Assembly: GCF_963921235.1 (NCBI RefSeq)
Contig: NC_086108.1
Coordinates: forward strand, 56,298,001 to 56,362,000
DNA length: 64,000 bases
Source: Mobula hypostoma
Lineage: Eukaryota
Direction: 5' to 3'
How positions within the stretch are numbered: the first letter of the stretch is position 1; the number at the start of each line of letters is the position of its first letter. Under the pieces are notes generated by a model that worked only from the letters and a program-made list of their open reading frames with translations, had not been told where the DNA came from and made no database searches. Both the position numbers and the translations under genes were made by a program. Shown here piece after piece: positions 11,757 through 24,895 of this stretch.

Positions 11757-12945
11757 TTTTTTTTCCAAAAATACTTTATTGAAAAGTATTACAAAATAAA
11801 GTTATTTACATATAAGAAAAAAACATTCATTGACTCTGAGTCCTTATTCAATAAAGTTATTTACAATAAAATTATGTGTTGACTCTCTGTTCATTTACAA
11901 ATGAAAGATGTTTACAATAAACCGTTCATTTACTCTCAACCCTTAGTCAAGAGTTAAAACTTATTAACAATAAAATTATCAACAATAAAGGCAGGCGTTG
12001 GCTCTAATACTTTCCCAAATTAACAATTCCACCCATTCCTTGGGCATCATGTTGATTATCTGTCCCCACCACTGATGAGGGTAGGTCTCCTCCCCACCCA
12101 ACCCCTCCCACTCCCACGGGTGATGAACCTTAAGCTGTGGTCCTACCTCACCAGGCCTTCGCGGTGGCCGCACCAAGCTTGAGTGCATCCCTCAGCACGT
12201 ACTCCTGCAGGCGCGAGTGAGCCAGTCGGCAGCATTCAGTCACCGACATCTCCATGTGCTGGCAGACCACCAAGTTTCGGGCAGACCAAAGCGCGTCTTT
12301 CACCAAATTGATGATCTGCCAGCAGCACCGGATGTTTGTCTCCGTGTGCGTCCCCGGAAACAGCCCGTAGATCACGGAGTCCTCGGTAACGCAGCTGCTG
12401 GGGATGAATCTTAGTACTGTCCCTTCCATTCTCTTCCACACCTTCTTTGCGAATCCACAGTGTGCAAAGAGGTGAGCCCCCGACTCCACCCCATTACATT
12501 CCTCCCATGGGCAGTGGGGTGCGGAGATGACATTCCGGGCGTACAGGAGGGATCTGACTGGGAGATCCCCTCTCTCCGCCAGCCAGGCTAGGTCTTTGTG
12601 CCTGTTGGTGAGATCTGGCGATGAGGCATTTTGCCAGATGAACTGGACGGTCTGCTCAGGGAACCACCCCACTGCGTCCATGACGTCCTTCTCCTGCAGT
12701 GCTTGCAGGACAGTACGTGCTGACCACTGTCTAATGGCCTTGCGGTCAAATGTGTTGGCCTTGAAGAATTTTTCTACGAAGGACAGGTAGGGAGGCAACG
12801 GCCAGCTGACAGGGGTGTTACGCGGGAAAAGGGCCAGACCCTTCCTTGGTAGCCAGGGCGACAGGTAGAACCTGGGCACATAGTGGTACTTTGTGCCCAC
12901 GTATCTGGGATTCACGCACAGCCTGATGCAGCCACACACGAAGCT
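11757..12945 (-). mobile_element. Tx1/L1-clade LINE 3' portion (zf-RVT region), open frame preserved
   Basis: The 12148..12945 part of the 344-aa ORF reads AWLA..G.LPVR, CPWEECNGVESGAHLFAHC..AKKVW, KDALWSARN. A-rich 3' UTR with AATAAA and a poly(A) near 11757. Confidence 0.85.
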
Positions 12946-13199
12946 CCACCTCCCCCTCATACCCCATCTGTTACTTATTTTTATACACACATTCTTTCTC
13001 TCACTCTCCTTTTTCTCCCTCTGTCCCTCTGAATATACCCCTTGCCCATCCTCTGGGTGCCCACCCCCCTTGTCTTTCTTCCCAGACCTCCTGTCCCATG
13101 ATCCTCTCGTATCCCTCATACATTGATAAAGCACCTTGTTAAATGTACAAAACGTGTCCGCATCAGTGTATACTATTTCCATACAATGTTACATTAGGC

Positions 13200-13503
13200 T
13201 GTTACACACCTATTGGCAGATATTGTTGTTGTGGTCTTGGGGGTTGCATTCAAGAGAACAATGAAATGCCGTGCTGCTGCCACCATTTGTTCCAGCACGT
13301 CATGACAGCGTTTTTAAAATTAGCCGGTTACCCCGTACACACTTCAATGGCCAACCAGCGTTTTCAGATTTAAACACTCTGGAGAGTGTTTTAGAAAAGC
13401 TCCATTTTCGGGGGAGGAAAACGCCATTTCAGTGTGGACGGAGGGTCAAAACGAAGAGCAAAAGCTTTGGTTACGGATTTTTCCAGTCTAGTGTGGACAT
13501 AAC
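13200..13503. mobile_element. PIF/Harbinger-type MITE fragment
   Basis: Terminus gtctagtgtggacata and subterminal cagcgttttc/aaacgc motifs typical of fish Harbinger MITEs. Only one end is clear. Confidence 0.5.
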
Positions 13504-13549
13504 ACTTACCAGGAATGCTGCATACGCAAGGTCCTTAGTATTGTCAATG

Positions 13550-13912
13550 ATCACTCACTAGACATCCAGCAATCTCTCTGACCACCCCCCCCCCCCCCAC
13601 CACCACCAGCACCAGCACCATCAGGCAGGAGGTACTGTAGCATAACGACAAGGACTGTTAGGATGGGAAACAGCTTCCTTCCCCCAGGCCGTGAGACTAA
13701 CTCCCTGACACCACTCAGGCCTGAAGCACCAGTAGCGTTAAACTGTTTACTTTTTAACTTGTGACATAAATACACCTCATTATTTGTTAATTTATTTGTG
13801 GTAATATTTCTTTATGTGTTGTTTGAGCTTTACATATTGTGCACCTTGGTTCAAAGGAACATTATTGCATTTGCACATATACGGTTAAAATTATGATAAA
13901 CTTGAATTTGAA
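13550..13912 (+). mobile_element. Rex1-like LINE 3' end
   Basis: PSGRRY...SF.P.AVRL-type coding remnant and an (acttga)n-like tail. Confidence 0.6.
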
Positions 13913-14379
13913 GCATTTGTGGAAAAGGCCACTGAATTTTATGTCTTCCACTCTGGTTTCTCAGTATTTTATTTGCATTTCAGATTAACTGCATGTACAG
14001 TTTGTTCTGATTTTCTGACCTGCAAGTTTGTGCAGCAGTGGGGCATCATTGTTGAGTTTAGTCCTGCCCTTTTTTCAATTTCACAGGTTTGTGTTGTTTC
14101 AATAGTGATCACAAAATAGTGAACAAATTGACTTCACTAGTATGCTAGCTGGTATTACTGGTCAGGAATTGTGTTTTACATATATAAAGTACTAAAAACA
14201 TTGAAATTTCAAAATCCTAAATTCTATGTTCTAATGCGTACTTAAAAATGACCTTATTATCAGTTGGATTAGCAACTGTTAATAACAAAGGGTTATTTGA
14301 GTTAATTGCTTAATTCTTTTTCTGCCAGTTATTTATTGAATGATGTATCGGTTTCACAAATATGAATAATTAATTACTA

Positions 14380-16800
14380 GTCAGGGATAATGTCACAGCA
14401 GTTCTCAGTCAGGACAGACTGGAGAATTCATCTCATGAGACATTACAGGTGGAACTGAGAAATAAAAAAGGTATGACTAGGTTAACGAGGCTAGATTACA
14501 GACTACCCAACAGTCAAAGGGAATTAGAGGAACAAATTTGTAGAGAGATCGCAAACTGTTGGAAGAAACGTAAGTTTGTTATAGTAGGTGATTTTAACTT
14601 TCCACACATTGACTGAGACACCCATACTGTTAAAGGACTAGATAGGATATAGTTTGTCAAAGGTGCTCAGGAAAGTTATCTTAATCAGTACCTCAAAGTC
14701 CCAACAAGAGAATGTGCGATATTTGATGTGCTATTAGGGAATGAGACGGAAGTCTTTGTTGGTGAACACTTTGCAGCTAGTAATCACATTGCCATTAGCT
14801 TCAAAGTAAATATGCAAAAAGATAGGTCTGGTCTGCAGGTGAAAGACCAATTTTGATGGTATCACAAAGGATCTAGCAAGTGTGTATTGGGACAGGCTGT
14901 TTTCTGGCAAAGGTGTGTTTGGTAAGTGGGAGGCCTTCAGAAGTGAAATTTTGAGACTATAAAGCTCATATGTGCCTGTCTCAATAAAAGATAAAGGTAA
15001 CAGCTGTAGGGAACTTTGGTTTTCAAGAGATAATGAGGCCCTTGTTAAGGAAACAAGAAAGTGTACAGCACATTTCGACAGGTAGGAACAAATGAGGTAC
15101 CTGTGGAGTATATGAAATGCAAGAGAACATTTAAGAAAGAAATCAGGAGAGCTAAAAGGCAGCATGAGATTGCCATAGCAGACAAGGTGAAGGAGAATCT
15201 GAAGGGATTCTACAGATATGTAAAGAGCAAAAGGATTGCAAGGGGCAAAATACGTCTTTGGAAGATCGGAATGGTAATCCTTGTGTGGAACCAGAAGAGA
15301 TGGGGGAAGATTTTAAATGCATTTTTTGCATCTATATTTACTTAGGAGATGGGCACAGAGTCTATAGAAGTGGGGCAAAGCGACTTTGACTTCATGAACC
15401 CTATACAGATTACAGAGGAGGAGCTGCTTGCTGTCATGAGGCAAATTAGAGTGGACAAATCCACAGGGACTGACAAAGGTTTCTGTTGGACCCTGCGGAG
15501 GCAAGTGCAGGCATTGCTGGGGCTCTAGCAGAGGCATTTAAATCATCCTTAGCGACAGGTGAGATACCCGAGGATTGGAGAAATGCCAATATTGTTCCGC
15601 TTTTTAAAATAAACCAGGAAGTTACAGACCAGTGAGTCCAACATCAGTAGTGGGAAAGTTATTGCAAGGTTTTCTAAGGGACTGGATATCAGCGTCAGGA
15701 TCAGAGCCAGGTTTATATCACTGGCATGTGTCATGAAATATAAGTATTTGGATAGAGGTGGGCTGATTAAGGATAGTCAGTGTAATAGGTCATGTCTGAC
15801 CAATCTTACAGAGTTTCTCAAGGAAATGGATGAAAGCAAGGCAGTGGATATTGTCTGCATGGACTTTAGCAAGGCATTTGACAAGGTCCTGCATGGGAGT
15901 TAGGTCAAAAAGGTTCAGTTGCTCGGTATTCAAAATGAGGTAGTAAATTGGATTAGACATTGCCTTTGTAGGAAAATCCAGAGAGAGGTTGTAGATGGTT
16001 GCCTCTCTGAATGAGGCCCGCGACTGGTGGAGTGCCGCCGGGGTCGGTGCTGGATCTGTTGTTGTCTGTCATTGATATCAACTATCTGGATGATAATGTG
16101 GTTAATTTGATCAGAAAATCTGCAGATGTCTGCAAGAATGGGGATGTAGTGGACAGTGAGGAAGGCTATCAAAGCTTGCAGTGGGGTCTGTATCAACTGG
16201 AAACATGTGCTGAAAATGCCAGGTACAGACAAGTGTGGGGTGCTGCATCTCGGCTGGACCACCCAGGGTAGGTCTTACACAGTGAACGTTAGGGCACTGA
16301 GGAGTGAGGTAGAACAAAGAGATCTGGGAATACAGGTCCATAATTCATTAAAAGTGGCTCCACAACTAGAAAGGGTTGTAATGAAAGCTTTTTGAATATT
16401 GGACTTCATAAATCAAAGTATTGAGTACATGAGATAGAATGTTATGTTGAAGTTGTAAAAGACATTGCTGAGGCCTAGTTTGGAGTATTGTTTGAAGGTT
16501 TGGTTGCCTACCTAAAGGAAAGATGTAAACAAGTTTGAAAGAGCACAGAGAAAATTTACAATGATATTGCCGGGTCTGGAAGACCTGAGTTATAAGGCAA
16601 GATTGAATGGGTTAGGACTCTATTTCTTGGAATGTAGAAGATTGAGAGGAGATTTGATAGAGGTATACAAAATTATGGGGGTATAGATAGGGTAAATGCA
16701 AGCAGGCTTTGTCCACTGAGGTTGGGTGGGACTGCAACCAGAGATCATTGGTTAAGGGAGAAGGGTGAAAAGTTTAAGGGGAACATGAGGGGAAACATAA
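14380..16800 (+). mobile_element. CR1 LINE ORF2, decayed
   Basis: GDFN endonuclease motif near 14588, DFSKAFDKV near 15862, ORFs 15061..15345, 16011..16271 and 16156..16395. Confidence 0.9.
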
Positions 16801-17138
16801 CTTCAGAGCTCATGATCGACTGAAGCACCGAAACCAATCAGGCATGTTCTCTTTCAGACTGGTCGCCATGGCTGAGAATGAGGCAGGAGTGGGGGAATCC
16901 AAGCCAGGCTGAAATGCAGAGGGATGAGACCATCTCTACCCAGCATCTTGCTGGCAAATGTGCGGTCGCTGGAGAATAAAACTGAGGATCTGAGGGCAAG
17001 CCTGCTCTATCAGGAGCAGATGACAGACATCTCAATTGTTGTGCTGTATCAAGGCTTGGCTATCTGTGGATATGCCAGACAAGGCAGTTATATCAGAAGG
17101 ATTTACAATTTACAGACTGGACCGAACTGCAGACTTAA

Positions 17139-17669
17139 TGTCGTGGAAACACTAACTAAGAACACAGGAGCGACTTTGAGGTTCGTTTTAAGAATTTATT
17201 AACATGATATTATAGAGAGTCTACAGCAGTCTCCACTGCCACCAGAACTCTGATTTTTAAGTTATACAGAGCTCCTATTTATACAGCAAGGCAAACAACT
17301 TCGCATAACTTTGTTTAGTATCCCACAGTAAGTACATGATCACAAGTACACAGTAAGTTTAAAAGACATGTCAATTATCTCTGAGCACAAGTCTAACAAT
17401 CCTCTTTGTTTCCTGTTATTGGGACTCATGATTTACCTCTGAATGTGAGTCTAACAGTCCTTTCTGCTCCCTGTTATCAGGACTCATAATTTATCCCCAA
17501 ACGTGTCCTCCCTCCTGGTTCCAGGGGCCTAGTATCTTGTTTATTGGAGTTCCTGGTACTGCGCTTATCATCCAAGGTTATTCTCGACTCACATCATCAG
17601 TCTTAAGTCCAGCCACTCCAGAGTGGTCAAGTATCCCAATATGCACTAGTCTTAACCATTTCCACCACA
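17139..17669 (-). mobile_element. Solo LTR (531 bp)
   Basis: TG...CA ends with a 10-bp imperfect inverted repeat (tgtcgtggaa / ttccaccaca). On the minus strand, TATAAATA near 17283 is followed by AATAAA near 17200. It interrupts the Rex1 endonuclease. No clear TSD. Confidence 0.7.
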
Positions 17670-18012
17670 GTTGGGTAAGGCAAAGAGAGGAGGTGCATGT
17701 TTTATGGTCAGTTCTCTTTGGTGCTCCAACGTGGCGGTTATGTCGAACTCATGTTCCCCTGACTTGGAACGATCAAATGCAAACCATTCTGTTTGCCTCG
17801 AGAGTTCCCGTTCGTGTTCCAGATGCATCATATATACCACCAGCGGCCAATTATAAGCAAACACTTGCAACACTGCGTGGTGTCGTCTGTTGACAAGAAA
17901 CAGCCCATCCTGATGCATTTCAAGTTATAGCTGGAGACTTCAACTAGGCTGGTTTGAAGAAAACCCTGCCCAGTTATCACCAGCAGATAATCTGTAGCAA
18001 CAGAGGTCCCAA

Positions 18013-18490
18013 TATGAGGGGTGATTGATAAGTACATGGCCTAAGGTAGAAGGAGTCAATTTTAGAAAACCTAGCACATTTATTTTTCCTACATTTACAC
18101 ACTTAGTCCAGTGGTCGTGGAGCATACGAATTCCTTCTTTGTAGAAGCTGGCGTTCTGGACCTCCAGAAAGCAGTCCACAGCAGTGGTGATTGATAAGTT
18201 CGTGGCCTAAGGCAGAAGGAGATGAGTTATTAACTTCAAACTTTCTGCATTGTCACTCAAAGAGTTGAACTGCACGTGCATGTAGTGAGAGCTGTATAAC
18301 TTATCTCCTTCTACCTTAGGCCACGAACTTATCAATCACACCTGCTGTGGACACTTCTACAAAGAAGGGACCCTTATGCTCCACAACCACTGTACATGTA
18401 GGAGAGGACTATGTGGAAAAATAAATGTGCTAGGTTTTCTAAAATTGACTCCTTCTACCTTAGATCACAAACTTATCAATCACCCTTGTA
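18013..18490. mobile_element. Mariner-derived palindromic MITE with TA TSD
   Basis: Long TIRs (gaggggtgattgataag...cttatcaatcacccttg), TA at 18013-14 and 18489-90. The minus frame encodes a mariner transposase C-terminus remnant (FYKEGIRMLHDHWTKCVN). Confidence 0.88.
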
Positions 18491-18559
18491 TGTTAGACTA
18501 CTGTTACACTAAGATAAGGAATGCCTAGCGTTGCTTGCCCAGACCTTATTTTGGTAAAG

Positions 18560-19185
18560 GCAGGGGGGGGGAGAAGGTGGTGGCGCGCACAGCTCTCCGG
18601 TGAAATGATATCCTATTTGTTAAATAGGGTACCGTGCACAATTCTGATTTGATGGAGACAGACGTGAGAAGGCACAGAGGAACATCTGGAGAAATTTCTG
18701 AAATGCCCGGTTCGCTGCCACTGCTACTGTGCGATCGAGAATCTCCGGAGGGGAAGGCCCCAAAATCCCCGGCTTTGCCTGCTGCTGGCGACCGAAGTTG
18801 AGGTCAAAGCGTTCGGCAGAGATGGCGCTCAGTACTCGGTCTTGGCTGATCGGAGCTCGAAGTTTTTGGACGACTCAGAGTCGGACTGTGGTCAGGCATG
18901 GCAGGGAGAGTTTTCTTCCTTCTCCCGTCTGCGTGAGGTATGGGACTTTCGAGAGACTTTGAACTTTTTAACTGTGCCATGGCCTGTTCTTCATCAAGTT
19001 ATGGTATTGTTGCACTGTTGTAACTATATGTTATAATTATGTGGTTTTTGTTAGTTTTTCAGTCTTGGTCTGTGCTGTGTTTCTGTGATATCACACCAAA
19101 GGAATATTGTATCATTTCTTAATGCATGCATTACTTAATGACAATAAAGAGGACTGCGTGTCCTCATAATCTAATCTAATCTAAA
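18560..19185 (+). mobile_element. Non-autonomous retroposon with GC-rich 5' end and (taatc)n tail
   Basis: Interrupts Rex1 at ttttggtaaa|ttcgatcac. CpG-rich body, AATAAA near 19143, tandem tail. Confidence 0.65.
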
Positions 19186-19342
19186 TTCGATCACTTGACT
19201 GTCCTGCTCCTACCCTCATGCGGGCAGAGCCTAAAAAGCAAGGCTGCAGAGATTATGACAAGTAAGGGTGGATGCAGGAGGTAGAGAAATGATTACAGGA
19301 TTGCTTTGAGTCAGTGGTCTGGACCGTGTTCAGGCACTCATC

Positions 19343-19840
19343 TATCAGAATCAGAATCAGGTTTATTATTACCAGCATGTGTCGTGAAATTTGTTAACTT
19401 AGCAGCAGCAGTTCAATGCAATATATATAATATAGAAAAAAACAAAATAAAATAATAATAAATAAGTAAATCAATTACAGTATACATATATTGAATAGAT
19501 TAAAATCATGCAAAAAACAAAGATTATATATATTAAAAAGTGTGGTAATATGCAAGGGTTCATTGTCCTTTTAAGAATTGAATGGCAGAGGGGAAGAAGC
19601 TGCAGCTTTTTTGGGTCCTGTGCAGTAGCCCTCCCCCTCCCCCCCCATACCAGACAGTGATGCAGCCTGTCAGAATGCTCTCCACGGTATATCTATAGAA
19701 GTTTTTGAGTGTGCTTGATGACATACCAAATCTCTTCAGACTCCTAATGAAGTATAGCTGCTATCTTGCCTCCTTGATGACTGCATCGATATATGTTGGG
19801 ACCAGGTTAGATCCTCAGAGATCTTGACACCCAGGAACTA
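19343..19840 (-). mobile_element. Rex1-like LINE 3' fragment
   Basis: (atcaga)n tail on the plus strand. Rex1 C-terminal coding remnant on the minus strand. Confidence 0.7.
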
Positions 19841-22800
19841 GACATCTGAATGACAACACCAGGATTGTCACGGACTTTATTAAAACAGCTGCACTTGAGT
19901 GTGTCCCCACAAAATCATTCAGGGTTTACCCCAATCAGAAGCCCTGGATGAAATATGAAATCAGGAATTTGCTGAGGGCCAGATCAGAGACGCTCAAGTC
20001 TGGAAATCAAGAGTGCTACAAGAAGTGCAGTTGTGATATCCAGAAAGCCATCTCGCAGGTGAAGTGGAGACTCTAGGCCAAACTGGAATCAATGAGGGAT
20101 ACTTAACCACTGTGACAGGGATTGGATGCTATCATCTCCTATAAAATTAAATCAAGTGATATGGGAGACTGCAGGGCTTCGCTTCCAGATGAGCTCAATG
20201 GCTTCTACGCTCCCTCTGACCATCAGAACATGGCTCGCTTTGATCATCACAAACACCCACATCTCCTAATGATCCCCTGATCTCAGTATCTGAAACTGAC
20301 ATAATGGCTGCCTTCGGGAGGATGAATCCAAGGAAAACATCCAGGTTGGACAGGGGACTTGGCCACGTAATAAAGATTACTGGCTGGTGTGTACACTGTG
20401 ATTTTTAACCTCTCACTTTGATAGTGTTGGTACCCACCTACTTCAAGCAGGCTACAATTATACTGGTGCTCAAGAAGAGCTTGGTGACCTTCTTCAATGC
20501 CGGTTGCCTAGGTGCACTTACATCCACAGTGATGAAGTGTTTTGAGAGGCTGCTATTGAAACATTTCAGCTCCTGCCCAAGAGGTGACTTGGATCTGCGC
20601 CAATTTACTTACCAGAGCAACAGGTCGACAGCAGATGCCATCTCATTGTCTTTTCACTCACCTTGGAACATCTAGACAGCAAAGATGCATAAATCAGGAT
20701 GTAGTTTATCAATTACAGCTCAGCGTTTAATACCTCAAAACTTATCAATAACCTTCAAAACCTTTACTGCTTTGTGCAATTGGATCCCGGATTTCTTTAC
20801 TTCTGGATACCAGACAATTTGGATTGACAGCAACATCTCCACCACAATCTCCATCAGCACCACAGGGCTGTGTGCTTAGCCCCCTGCTCTATTCACTTTA
20901 CACCTGTTACTGTGTGGCTAAGCACAGCTCCAATGCCATATCCAAGTTTGCTGATGACACTGCTGTTGTGGGCCATATTGAGGGTGGTGATGGAGCGGCA
21001 TATGAGAGGGAGATTGAAACTTCGGCTGAGTGGTGTCATGGTGACAGCCTCTCACTCAATGTCAGTGGGACCGAGGAACTGATTGTTGATTTTGGAAGAG
21101 GGAAACTAGAGGTCCATGAGCCAGTTTTCATTGGGGGATCAGAGGTGGAGACGGTTAGCAACTTTAAATTTCTGGATGTTATTATTTTGGTGACCTGTCC
21201 TGGACTCTGCATGTAAGTGCAATTGTGAAGAAAGCACAGTAGAGCCTCTGCTTCATTAGGAGAATGCGAAGATTCGGCATGACATCCAGAACTTTGACAA
21301 ACTTCTGTGGATGTGTGGACGAGAGTGTATTGACTGGCTGCATCATGGCCTGGTATGGAAACACCGATGCCTTAGAATGGAAAATCCTACAAAGGGTAGT
21401 GAATTTGGCCCAGTACGTCAACCCTCCCAACCAATGAGCACATCAGAGGGTTGTGAGAATGTCGAACAAGCTGACAGTACAAGTGGTGCATGTGAGCTCA
21501 ATTTCAACATTTAAGAGAAGTCAAAGGGCCTGTTGCTGTGCTGTACTTTTCTATAACTCTACAACTTTTAAAAATAAATCCTCCTTGCATAAATTATAAT
21601 AGCTTACCATCCAAGGAAATGGGTCCAACATTTGTGTTTGTCTTAAAATCAAAAAAAATCTACAAGTTTTCACAATATTATTTCATTAACAATGAACTTC
21701 CAAAATATTTCTCAGCCAACAGATTATTTAGATGTGAGTTTGTAGAATGAAGTCCACCCACAGAACCATCAATCTTTCTTTGCTGTGGATCAAGTCTGGC
21801 TTCTCATCTCCTGTATCACTGAAGTACAGGTTGTTACCTATCAGACCTATGACATCATTCATTCCTACAGTTACACACCCTCCATATCACTTGATTCTGG
21901 TTCTTCTCCTTGTTCTTTAATTTACAATATGACAAATTGGAGAATTGCAGTCTTTTTTAACATCAGTTTGGTTTGGATTCTTTAATTCTGTTACAATATT
22001 GAATTTTAAACAACCTTTCTCAGTGAAAATGTGTCATTATTTAATGCTAAAATACAAAAACAAAATACTATTAATTGCTGGAATTCTTCAGCAAGTCAGG
22101 CAGCATCCGTAGAAAAAGGAACGTAAGTTCATAGAAACATAATGTTTCAGAACCTTTCATTTGAACTGGGAATAGTGAGAGAGCAAGTCTAAGGGTGCAT
22201 TGGAAAGGGGAGGTGAGAACATAAGAGAGTGAAAGGGTGCTGGATAAGAGATCAAATAACAATATGTGGTGGTGCAAAATGAAAGAAGATGGCTATCAGT
22301 GAATAAGTAGACTGAAGGAGTTATATATGTAGGATAATTATATAAAATTACTAGAACACTATGCAGTGAATGTTGGAAATCTGATATAAAATAGCTGGTT
22401 ATCTGAAATTGAATTGATTGTTCCAAGTAGAATGTTGTAATGTGCCTGGTTAGAAGTAGGTTAGAACTATTGTTTACCTTTCTTGGAGCAGTCCAGGAGG
22501 CTAAAGAAGTCAAAGTGGAGTTTATTGCCATTTGTACAATTACATGTATGCACAGATGCAAGGCGACTAGACCCTTAGGTGATTTAACAACTCTGATGGC
22601 ATAAAGTAATTCACATAGATAGTATTAAAGCTTCTGAGGACAGAAGTTTGTGGTACACAATATCCACAATTGTTGAATGATGGAACACATATGCCTATGA
22701 CTATGTTTTGATATGACACTACAGATAACAGTGGGGAACCTTTCTTGATTTCTGGGGCAAGACATTTCAGCTGAGGACATTGGATGTCTGGTTTGATGTA

Positions 22801-24037
22801 GGCCAATTAACACTGGCCCATTATGTATACATTTGGCCAATGCAAACAAGAATGTTTCATGGTTATGTCAAACTGTATCTGCTGAGAATACCATTTATTT
22901 ACACAAGTATCATTTTAATTTTAGCATTGTATTGCTTGTACTTTATATTTTATGATAGTTAATGGAGATTGATTTACATTTATATTAATGGTGACTATAT
23001 CTTCATATTCATCTGCTTCTCCCTAACCCACCCCCTCCCCACCAACCACCACCTGCAGGATGAAGAGGGGGAAGGCACTCACTAAAACTCCCTTCCAAAT
23101 CCTCAGGCTCCAATCAAAACATTTCTGCATGTGAACCTATATCTGACTGATATTTTCTTCTTCTGCATTGAACCATACTACCCCATATACAGTACTTCTC
23201 AGGCATTTAGGTTTAACCATGTATTTTGGATGCATCTGGTCAATTTCAATAATTTCTTCTCACTTATGCAAGAATTCTGCATTCCTCCAAGCAACTCTAA
23301 GTGAAGGCCGCTCAGACAGAATGCTCTATTTCTTCCCTAGGGTGAAGGATTTTTGGGTGGTGGCAATGAGTGGTTGGCTGAGATCATCTCAACCCGGTCT
23401 TAATAGATGCAATCTGGACAGACACATTTCCATTTGCCACCTTCCCATTTCCCAATCCTCCAATTCCCGTTCTCAGGGCATTACCGTTGCTGCTCTCTAG
23501 TGAGTCCCCACACACAGCATCTTATCGAATGTACCTTCCCATCTGCAAGATCCCTAACTAATTTGTGCTTTAGCTGTTCTTATGCTTCCGTCTGCTCCTC
23601 ACCCATCTCTCTGTCTCTGCAGGTGTATGAACTCTCCCCTGTATTTGTCAAGCTCTATTTGCACATTGTACAACCATTCTCTGTATTGGCCCTTTATTCT
23701 ATTGCTCTGCCATTCTGTGTACTATGTAATTCCTGTTGTATCTGACACTTTGTTTTCTCTTTCAAAGGCGCATGACATAAAATGATTGCTGCTTTATCTC
23801 CCTTCCTCTTTAATTCCCTTTTCCACCAGTGACAATGCTTCTCTGGGCTCCAGGTCTTAACCCACTTGGTTTTGTCCATCCCTATTCAATCTGTTGGGGT
23901 GTCATCCATCTAATGGTGCATGACACTTCAGCTGATGTCTGGTTTGATTAGGCTAATTAACAATATCCCATTATAGCAACACACATCAAAGTTGCTGGTG
24001 AATGCAGCAGGCCAGGCAGCATCTCTAGGAAGAGGTA

Positions 24038-24075
24038 CAGTCGACGTTTCAGGCCGAGACCCTTCGTCAGGACTA
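24038..24075 (-). ncRNA. Minimal type I hammerhead ribozyme, inverted copy
   Basis: The minus strand reads UAGUC-CUGACGA-AGG(GUCUCGG)CCU-GAAAC-GUC^GACUG. All core residues are present. Confidence 0.8.
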
Positions 24076-24857
24076 ACTGAAGGAAGAGCTAGTAAGAGGA
24101 CAGAATATAAGGTGTTGTTCCTCCAACCTGAGTGTGGCTTCATCTTTACAGTAGAGGAGGCAGTGGATAGACATATCAGATTGGGAATGTGATGTGGAAT
24201 TAAAAGGTGTGGCCACCAGGAGATCTTGCTTTCTCTGGCAGACAGAGCGTAGGTGTTCAGCAAAACGATCTCCCAGTCTGCGTTGGGTCTCGCCAATATA
24301 TAGAAGGCCACATCGGGAGCACTGGACGCAGTATATCACCCCAGCCGACTCACAGGTGAAGTATCGCCTCACCTGGAAGGATTGTCTGGGGCCCTGAATG
24401 GTGGTAAGGGAGAAAGTGTAAGGGCATGTGTAGCACTTGTTCTGCTGTAAAGATACTGTTACTGTAAAGATGAGGCCACACTCAGGTTGGAAGAACAACA
24501 CCTTATATTCTGTCTGGGTAGCCTCCAACCTGATGGCATGAACATTGACTTCTCTAACTTCCGCTAATGCCCCACCTCCCCCCGTACCCCATCCGTTATT
24601 TATTTATATACACACATTCTTTCTCTCTCTCTCCTTTTTCTCCCTCTGTCCCTCTGACTATACCCCTTACCCATCCTCTGGGTTCCCCCCCCCTTTCCTT
24701 CTTCCTGGGCCTCCTGTCCCATGATCCTCTCATATCCCTTTTGCCAATCAACTGTCCCGCTCTTGGCTCCATCCCTCCCCCTCCTGTCTTCTCCTATCAT
24801 TTTAGATCTCCCCCTCCCCCAACCACTTTCAAATCTCTTACTAGCTCTTCCTTCAGT

Positions 24858-24895
24858 TAGTCCTGATGAAGGGTCTCGGCCTGAAACGTCGACTA
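24858..24895 (+). ncRNA. Minimal type I hammerhead ribozyme (Penelope-associated)
   Basis: UAGUC-CUGAUGA-AGG(GUCUCGG)CCU-GAAAC-GUC^GACUA: 5-bp stem I, intact core, 3-bp stem II, palindromic ACGU in place of stem III. Confidence 0.8.

Larger units (their letters stand above)
16810..21445 (+). mobile_element. Near full-length Rex1/Babar LINE carrying four nested insertions
   Basis: PSILLANVRSLENK (16924), LTSTVMKCFERL (20418..20675), [20 protein letters not shown] (20824..21216). Confidence 0.88.

Noticed and set aside
12148..13182. Longest ORF (344 aa) as a host gene
   Set aside because: It is a chimera: the N-terminal part reads through a Penelope-derived pyrimidine-rich fragment into a Tx1/L1 ORF2 C-terminus.
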